A stretch of 64,000 bases of DNA from the NCBI RefSeq assembly GCF_964355755.1, contig NC_092674.1, positions 26,102,001 through 26,166,000 of the forward strand, in the 5' to 3' direction. The DNA is from Antedon mediterranea. Its lineage: Eukaryota; Animalia; Echinodermata. The position numbers and the translations under genes are program-made. Shown here piece after piece: positions 55,383-64,000 of the stretch. Position 1 is the first letter of the stretch. Each line of letters opens with the position of its first letter. The notes under the pieces were generated by a model that was not told the DNA's origin, ran no database searches, and was given only the letters and a program-made list of their open reading frames with translations.

Positions 55383-58300
55383 TCAAATGTCATTAAAATT
55401 GATTTCATCCTCTTTAACGTCTTCTTCCTTCACTTCGCTTTCGTCGAGTGAATCATCATCAGTGTACTCTTGTCTCGGTAAAATGTCGTTCATATCGAGT
55501 CGTGGAATGGACAGCTGTTCGGGATTTAACCACGGTTTATGATGCGGTCTGTTTTTCTTTTTCCACGTTGGATATTTCAAACATGCCTTGTGGAGCCTGT
55601 TCATCATCTGAAAAATTGAAAACATTATTAAATGATGAAAATATTTTGGATATCAATATATTTAAATGAATAACAAACATCTTGTAAAGATATTACAGCA
55701 GATTTATGAGTTTAGAGAGTTAACAGATACACAATATTGATAGCGGCGATTTATTTATTTATTTTGAGTAGAGATCTACTTACAAGTGGAAACGGATATA
55801 GTTAATATCCAGATAAAGATCTATTTATTTATTTTGGTATAAAAAAAACATACAATATATATTTTTAAACCGATGATAGAGACGTATACTAGAAAAAAGA
55901 TACCAGAATATAAAACTGTATTTAAGCAAAATCAAGTAGCTTATGTTTGGAGTATTGAGATAAGATACGATTATAATATTATGTTTGTAAGCTTTCAATA
56001 CAAAAGAAGACCTATCATCAATAATACTCCCTCGGTAATATATTTCTCAGACAAAGTATGATTAAAAACGATCTAGAGTAATATTCATATTATTCAACTC
56101 TTTCCATGCAGCAACTTTGATTTTAATAAGTAAACAGAAATGCATAGTTGGATGCAGTGCTCAAACAATGACATCACAACAGCAGTGCTGATTTCATTTT
56201 CGCTCGTCTGATTGGCATATTGAGCCGTTGGCAGATCATGTGACATGTATTAATTACTATAAGTGTGTTGTGTAGAATTCATCAATAGATCTTATTTTGG
56301 CAATTTCATGCTATACCTTTCAAAAATTGTTTACATTAACATTTTTTATGCTAGTATAAATACTTGTTAACTACTATAATAATAAATGCTTTGTGTACAC
56401 ATGCCCACTATGCTGGACACAATCTAAGCCCCATAATGCATTATTTGATACTCTTGCCAAAATAACAACTCATCAGTCCTTTGATCTTATGTCTGGCTGC
56501 GACCAATACAAACAGTACTGTACTATGTACATATTCTCCATGGCGCATGGTGTCTGTAAGGGGCATGGAACTGATAATGTAGCAGCCACAGATAAAACCT
56601 TTGATCTCCATAACTCAGTATCCTGTTGTTAGATTGCCTTAATGTATGATTGAATTCTCTCATTGCCCGTTTCAAACTAGAGACCATAGGCCTAGTAATT
56701 TTTTGGCAAATCCTACTCTACCTAACCAGCAAGCAAATGTTATCTTCCAAGCTAGACTTAAAATTAACTTCTGTAGTCTTTACAAAGTTTACACTTTCAA
56801 TCCCCTATTTCGAAAAAAAAAAAAGACCCAGTCTGCAACAAGCCTGCCTATAGCATTCCAGGGCCTTAGCCACCAGTAGGGTTGGTAAGTTTTCAACCTG
56901 ACCACTTTTCAACCTTTTTCACCGAAACTCTTCTAGAAAGCCTTCTAATTTAACGCTTTATCGTGGAATCTATTATATTCTTAGTCCTTTCTAAATCTCT
57001 AATAACATTCCATAAAATATGCATTAAGGATTTACTATATTCACTCTCGTATTACCATAGCAATAAAATAATGCAAATTTAATTTTATGACAAAAAGATG
57101 GCACGGCACAATCAAGTATTAAGTCTGTATATTTTACTTTCATTGTAACCGAATCAACAGAGAGACTTTTTTCTATCCCGACGAAATTTCATTAAAACGT
57201 GGTGTCATTATAGAGAAGTGAATACCAATCACGCGAATGAGTTGTCATTAACGAAATGGAAAGGGCATTCTAGTTACACTACTAATTTTTATAATTGCAT
57301 TTGCATGTAAATAGAAATATGTAATGCATCGTCTAAGCATCAAGATCTAAAAAGAGTTGGTAGAGTAGAATACTACGTACAGTATAATTAGTATTAGCTT
57401 TGCCAGGGTACGTTTAATATAGTTCTCTTTGGAGAAGCAGTTGGCATGGTTTATGTAATTTACACAAAAGTCATTTCATTATGAATAATTCTTTTAAAGT
57501 CTAAAAGCAAATTACACAATTAAAATAAGAAAGAAATAAAACCAACTTTATTGTGAACATCAGTTAAAACATCTTGTTATCAAGAATATCTTAATTATTT
57601 ATTTTAAGCATACCTTTGGAGCTAGATATTGTGTGAGTTTATTGACTATCCACTTTGGTAATGACCCTGCAAAAAATAAGTAAAAATAGATCATAAGCAA
57701 AGAAAGTCCGGGAACACCCACCTACAAATGTTGTTCTTTTATAATCTTTCCTTGCCCAACTATTATTGTACTGTTACAGTGTTAGTTTTTTTTCTTTTAC
57801 TAGGCTTAAAGTTTTGTCAATAACCAATGCTCTCAAGTGGGAGGGCCCAGATACAAAAAGTTAAAAGTTCCTAGAACACCCCTTTACCATAATGGACTAG
57901 TCTGCAACTATGCCCTCATGTGGGAACATCCAATTGTACAACCATCATCATTAAGCTTTGACTGTGAGAATGGCAGGTGTGGTTGCGGACTAGTCCATTA
58001 TGGTACAGGGGAAAATTTTTACTTTTCGTATCTAAGCTCCTTCCCTCTGGAGAGCACAGGCTATTGTAGGTTTAACCAGGTAAGCTAGGCACGAAATAAA
58101 CTGTCATTACAGTACATTATTATTGAACATGTTATTAGTAATGTTTACAATCAACACAGGAAACACAAGGAAACAACATATTGAATGTTATTAAGAATAA
58201 ACAATACAAATTGATTGATGTAATATTAAAATATCAAATTCAAATGAAGGAGTAATAACCGTAGTTCACATAAAATTAGGACAGGATAATGTTACTAAAT

Positions 58301-59794
58301 AAGACACTTGATAGCACTGTAAGCTTAAGTGTGAACCGATAGCTATTAAGTGTGTTACGAAGACGATAACTCAATTATCCACACTTGAGTCAACTAGATC
58401 AAGCAACAGCCAAGTTAATAATAGGCAACATTTTCATCATGTGACAGTCACTGACGAGAGAAGTATTATTTAAAGACTAAATACAACACAATGACTCAAT
58501 GGTTTTGTGTCTGGAACTAATAGCTAATAACTGTGGAGTGGAGACTGGGAAATTGTCCAGTTTTTAAGTTCCGGAACAGAATACATTACTTGTGTCTCCA
58601 TAGTAATATATCTTTCTGACGACTTAGGGTTTAAAAAAATACATTAAATATTACTCCTCAAAGTGTTTTGAAACAGTCATGTGATACTACGCTGATTCAC
58701 TTAGGATTTGAACCTCACCTCTTGGATCTGATTGTGAAACATATGTCAATTCGCAGCCTTTTCCATTCACCCTTACCAGATAACCAGTTAAAATTGATTC
58801 CGCGCGTATAACACCTTTCCTTTCTGGAACATTCTATTAAAAAAAAAACATCACAAAAACCTTTGAAAGGTGGTTTTGAATTGTAAAATGATGCGTTATT
58901 GCATTATAATGTAATATTATAATTAAATAAGTATGTTTATGTCGTCATTATATTATGAGAAATATTTATTGGATTTCATTGAAGTATGCACAAACAAAAA
59001 AAGAACTTTAACACCCTTCAAAGCTGTTTGCAAGATCTAACAAATAATTTATTCTGGTATAAATAGATCTCATTCTGTGGTGTTAAGTCGTCAAGCACCA
59101 CTGCACAGTAATTTCCTACGAAAATATATTTCAATGTTTTATTCATAACATTGACAATCTACAGTAGATATTCCATTTCTTTTGCCAGATTAAGTCAACA
59201 AATTCAGTTCAGAATGAAGAATACAATGCAACAAGCCAGGGTCCAATACATCCTTGGATTTTAACCATTTGTTCACCATAGAATTCAAAATAAAATAACC
59301 ATTATTTGTGAGACGCTACTCTTGCATAGGGTTTTTGTTTAGGAAGAAACGTCGAGACTTCTGCATACATGCGTATTTTGGTTTTGGACTAAGGTTCAGG
59401 CATGGGCTAGAAGCTTTCTTAAACCAAGCATATCAAATTTTTGTCTTCAATTCTTCAATTTTTAACAAAAACCCTGTTGCATTATAACTACAGTATATTG
59501 GAGAATGGCTTCTGTTCCCTAGCTAAAACCTGGTATTTATATAATATACCAAGCAATTACAGTCTGTATTCAAATACTGTGTATTTAAAGCAATCACAGT
59601 TTTAAATACAGGAACAAAACATCAATACTTTCTCATCTCTTTATTGAGCTATTAAAAACGTGTGGTATTTTCTGCGATTATTGCAATTACCTTGTGGAAT
59701 ACGGAATGATTGAAAATATATGAAGCATCCAGCGTCTGTAGCCATATTCTTTGCATTAAGTAATCTCGGTTTTTAAATGGTGAAGGAACTTTCA
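55383..59794 (-). CDS. STARD10: START domain lipid-transfer protein (PCTP-like), 3' part. Exons 59691-59794, 58719-58833, 57614-57666, 55383-55607; 5' exons presumably beyond the window
   Basis: P.PFKNRD...R.W......IFNHSV.H; P.RK.VIRA.SI.TGYLV; [19 protein letters not shown]; KACLKYP.WK....PH.KPWL.PEQ; acidic tail. Confidence 0.9.
56453..56640 (+). repeat. ~190-bp dispersed non-coding element; inverted second copy at 63329-63513
   Basis: Shared CAGTCCTTTGATCTTATGTCTGGCTGCGAC...GCAGCCA...CCTTTGAT...TCCTGTTGTTAGATTGCCTT. Confidence 0.8.
57879..58011. mobile_element. Small fold-back MITE
   Basis: ~30-bp arms CCCCT(T/G)TACCATAATGGACTAGTC(T/C)GCAAC / GTTGCGGACTAGTCCATTATGGTACAGGGG. Confidence 0.6.
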
Positions 59795-62040
59795 CTGTGT
59801 AGAAAAAAATCAGTAAAATCATTATTAAAATACAATTTTCACTTCATATTATAAATGGGTTCTATAATACTGTAATAAATGTTAATGAATTGTTAAGAAT
59901 TTGATAATTAATTTCCATAATTAAAAACATATTTTTCTAAATGAGTCATTACCTTATGAGATGAACAATAATATGTAACAATAGGACAAAGTTCATTGAC
60001 GTATAGTAAATTTAGTATTCAATAATGGGAAACAATATGGACGGACTTATATTATTAGTATAGTTAATTATAAAAAAAATAGGCTAGGCTGTCAACTGCT
60101 CGTTAGAAAATAAACTGTATTGTCATGCCATCTATAATTGTTTTACTCCACCTAAAAAATTGGAGTACTAGACTGCCTTCTCGAATGGTTCAGGCCTTGG
60201 CCTAACCCATTGGTAAAAATATGTGTGTTTTTTTATAAACAAATATACAAGGTTATATTTTTTCGGTACAATAATTTAATTTGGTGAATGATGAATTATT
60301 TTATTTTCCCCTCATGTATTTATTTACACCATTGCACTCAAACATTAATTATTTGTATAATGTCCCATGGGGGCTTTATGTTTAAGGCACTACACTTTAA
60401 TTAGTGGATTTAAAAATGATCTACTTCTACTATAAGTCAAAACAATTAAATTTATTTTTATTATACTGTTAACAAAAACTTCATTAGAATACGAATAAGT
60501 CAACCGGCTCAGCTACAGTGATTAAGTTCACTTAGGTTGACCCTGGTCTTCCCAATTTCAGTTCTTTTTTTGTTATGTATATACTGAAATAGACCGAATA
60601 AATAATGAAATGAAAGTATTAAAAACTGGGTATTTGTATAATTTATGGAATACAGGTAATTATTATTGTACTATAGGTATTATCTTTACCAATTATTTTA
60701 ATGAATTATCAATGTTATCTTACTTCCTATGGAGGTCCCCAAGCACAAACAACATTTATCAATGTGTGAATAACAATATATGCGTGGGTACAAAGTGCAT
60801 TATTTACTGACGTCAGGCGTGATGACTTCAAAAGACAAAAAGCCAAATCGTTTTCTATTGTTGTTGAATTGACAGTGTACAGTGCTTGAACGATACAGTT
60901 ACAGCTTTAGATGACGTTGGTTAACTTAAACAGCTGACAGCTTCAGGTCATATGAAAGGTCATATGAATTATTAAATACATACAAGTTTTATAAATCAAA
61001 CACATTTACAGAAAAACACTGTGAAAAATGAGATTCTTAAATATTTTTTCTAGAAACATATTTTTTTTTCATTACTGTAATTTCTGAAAACCATGGTAAT
61101 TAATAATAACAAATAATATTGACAATTTTGAGTAGAAATTGCGTTCAAAAACAAATTAATGCTGGTAAATTTTACCAATGTTTTTTTGGTAATTAAATAC
61201 CAAATACAGAATGATCCAGTAAACATAGAAGCTTAAACAGAAACTTAAAACTCTTATTTTTTATAAAGAGAATCGATGACATAAACATTGGTAATTTTTA
61301 CATAACTCTTCAACTATATTCAGTGATGTAGTCATAAGAAATAAAGCGAGCCAGTTTTCGCAAGAAATATCTTTTCTGCCAATGGGTTGTCAAAGGCATC
61401 TGTGAAAAAGTGGTCAGGTTGAGCTTACTGGTGGCTATGGCCTTGAATTGGTCCTATAAAAAGTAATAGTTATTCTTTGCTAAAGTAAATACTTGCTGTA
61501 GCATGCAGACCTATTGTACATACATAATCATTTTTTCAGAGTTTTATCTCTTACATAAAATCATTGTATGCAGCAGTTTATTATATTATTCATTGCTAAT
61601 AATGCTACTGTTATGTACAGTACTGTATTTATATTAAAGTTTTAAAGGCTTAGTCTATTTTTACTTTAAAAAAAGAACTTCACAAGGCCAAATAGTACTA
61701 TTACACTTTCTAATAAAAGTCACTGATTATAAAATAATCTTTGCAGTGATTTGAATAATTGTCTTTTTTAGTGAAAGAAGGTGACTGAACTAAAATAACA
61801 AAATACTGAAATCACAGCCAATTGCACAACAATGAATATTGGAGTCAGTGAGGCGTATAAGAGCTCATGTAGAAACGCTGTTATAGAAAATAGGTTCAAT
61901 ATGGATCAATTTTAAAGCTCAACATATGTAATGTACAGTAGCCATTTTTTCCATAAATAATCCAAAATATATTTTGTCAATGTCTGAATTTTATTTAGCA
62001 TAGTTTAATAAAGGGACTTTTGCTAACTAGCATTAGTTTA

Positions 62041-62602
62041 CAGTAGAACTCCTCCTAGTTAGTATTCAGGGGGAACTTCTCCTATTATTTAGAGGAACCC
62101 CCTCCTAGTATTCAGAGGAACCCCTCCTACAGTAGTATTCAGGGAAACCCTTCGTACAGTAGTATTCAGGGAACCCCTTGTACAGTAGTATTCAGGGGAA
62201 CCCCTCCTAGTATTCAGGGGGAACCTCTCCTAGTATTCAGAGGAATCCCTCCCAGTATTCAAGGGGACCGCTCCTACTATTCAGGGGAACCCCTCTTGTA
62301 GTATTCAGGAGAACAACCTCCTAGTATTCAAGGGGAACCCCTCCTAGTATTCAGGGGGAACCTCTCCTAGTATTCAGAAGAACCTCTTCTAAATTCTAAA
62401 GTAGAATTCAGGGGAACCCCTCCTACAGTAGTATTAAGGGGAAACTCCAATTAAGAGCATTCTCCTGTGAAAAATAATGTTATATATTGTTAAACCAGAG
62501 AGTTGTTATTTGGCTAGTTAAACTTAAACTTTATGCCCAGCCAGCCCCTAGTATGGAGATACTTTTTTTGTATGAAGGTATCACTTAATAGAGGGTCTAC
62601 TG
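62041..62602. mobile_element. Tc1/mariner-like MITE with expanded internal 22-27-bp minisatellite (TAGTATTCAGGGGAACCCCTCC)
   Basis: Ends ta-CAGTAGAACTC... / ...GAGGGTCTACTG; tandem units 62060-62445. Confidence 0.65.
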
Positions 62603-64000
62603 TTTACAGTACAACAGAAAATCAAAATAAATCTGTTGAAATATGTTTTCAATTGAATTTTCGCTCAGTCTCAATCTGAGGATTTTGTATTGAATACAAT
62701 AGATTTTCTCTTAAAATCCTGACAGGTATAGAGCCTCTCATATAACTAGATAATAATGCCATTATAATATCTATAGTGTCAATGATTTAAAATCAAAAGT
62801 TCAAATATAATGATATGGTACATTACACAATCTATTCTTCTATTGTTTATAGTACCAGCATAATTTTAGTTGACATTTTATTATCCCAATGAAACAATCA
62901 TCCATTTAATTAGTATGGAACAGGAATGTTACAGCATTAAAGCCAGGGTTTAAAGAAAGGTCTGGCTTTTGATTAAATTATGATTATATTAAAAACTGGC
63001 AAGTTATTCAAATTTGATATCTGGTCATAAAATATTCAATCAATCACTTGGAACACAAACAAAATGACAGAAATGAACAAACACAGTCATAAATTCCAAT
63101 TTACATACACTATTAAATAAACTAAACATGATGATATCAGATTTAACAAACACGTTCTACCTGGACTGAAAAAAAGGTTGTTGACATTTCAAAGTATTCA
63201 TCATCAATAAAATAATATTTCTATGACATGGATTTTATTTCTTCGTATGACACATTTTCCATTCAACTTGCTGTGCATTTTATAAGTCAATATTATTTAT
63301 ATGATATAGTACTAGTTATAATGTGACCAAGGCAATCTAACAACAGGATGCTGAGCTCCAGATATCAAAGGGTTTAACTATGGCTGCGACACGATCAGTA
63401 CCAAGCCCTTTAAAAGATACTGCGCCACGGATGATATGTACATACTTTAGTACAGACTGTTGGTATTTGTCGCAGCCAGACATAAGATCAAAGGACTGTT
63501 CCGAACTTGGCAAGGCGAGCTCAGTGGCCTGTTTTTGTGACTTTAACCTACAGAATGTACTATACAGTACTGTAAACAATTGCAATTATAATAATAAATT
63601 TAGTATAATAGAATATAAACGCATTAATTGCTGTACATTGATTGTTTTCACTGCAATGCACTACAGTAATCTCAAATTGGAAAGTGGTCTAATTAGAGTG
63701 ATAACGTTGATGACTTACAAATAATAAATTTAAACAATTTTAAAGGCAAAGTGCAGTTGGTAAATAAAATACTGTATAAAGTATTTGGAGCTTTTTAAAC
63801 AACATGTTAGGGAAAAATGACTCAAATATATCGATAGCATAGAAATTTAACTGACAAATTAAGACATGAAAGTAGGCTGATAAATAATGTTTCCATGAAC
63901 TGCTAAGCCCACTTAATACATGCTGTAATTTATCATCCAATTGTGGGGGCGATGAAAGATGATTCAGTCACTAGCCAATTGACACATTTCAAGTTGTGAA

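Noticed and set aside
56393-56632. Paralogous small ORFs (56393..56632 and 63337..63585), both with [10 protein letters not shown]...SCC*
   Set aside because: Nucleotide alignment needs frame-shifting indels in the middle; similarity is at DNA level, so treated as a non-coding repeat.
62060-62445. Second CRISPR-like array
   Set aside because: Contiguous variable-length minisatellite inside a MITE; no spacers.

Overview
AT-rich, intron-rich animal genomic DNA. The gene content and TAGGCCTA-rich promoters suggest a marine invertebrate deuterostome such as an echinoderm (inference only). Genes reconstructed by hand from GT-AG exons, left to right: the last two exons of a + strand DEG/ENaC (ASIC-like) channel; an intronless TMEM45-family gene (+); a complete 8-coding-exon DEG/ENaC paralog (-); PLRG1 (-, 12 coding exons); a divergently transcribed 20-exon kinesin with an aberrant switch I (+); RPS3A (-), head-to-head with PDZD11 (+); and the 3' part of STARD10 (-). 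Introns are full of transposons. These include a 6.3-kb Mutator/MULE element (TIRs, 8-bp TSD, spliced transposase) in PLRG1 intron 1, a 5'-truncated L1/Tx1-like LINE with TSD, Harbinger-, Ginger-, Tc1-, Kolobok- and EnSpm-like MITEs, and tRNA-SINEs. Most interesting observations: (1) a colinear antisense mosaic copy of the transposase CDS inside the MULE, resembling the Mu-killer hairpin and necessarily co-transcribed in the PLRG1 pre-mRNA; (2) a 173-bp direct-repeat-flanked insertion that begins with a minimal hammerhead ribozyme; (3) three 34-43-bp CAT..ATG hairpins with 7-bp TSDs that resemble P-element excision footprints; (4) a kinesin with SSRSH replaced by RQRAH and a very short loop 11; (5) a MITE twice inserted into the same TTA of its own family. 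No database searches were run. Family assignments come from remembered motifs, and coordinates were counted by hand.
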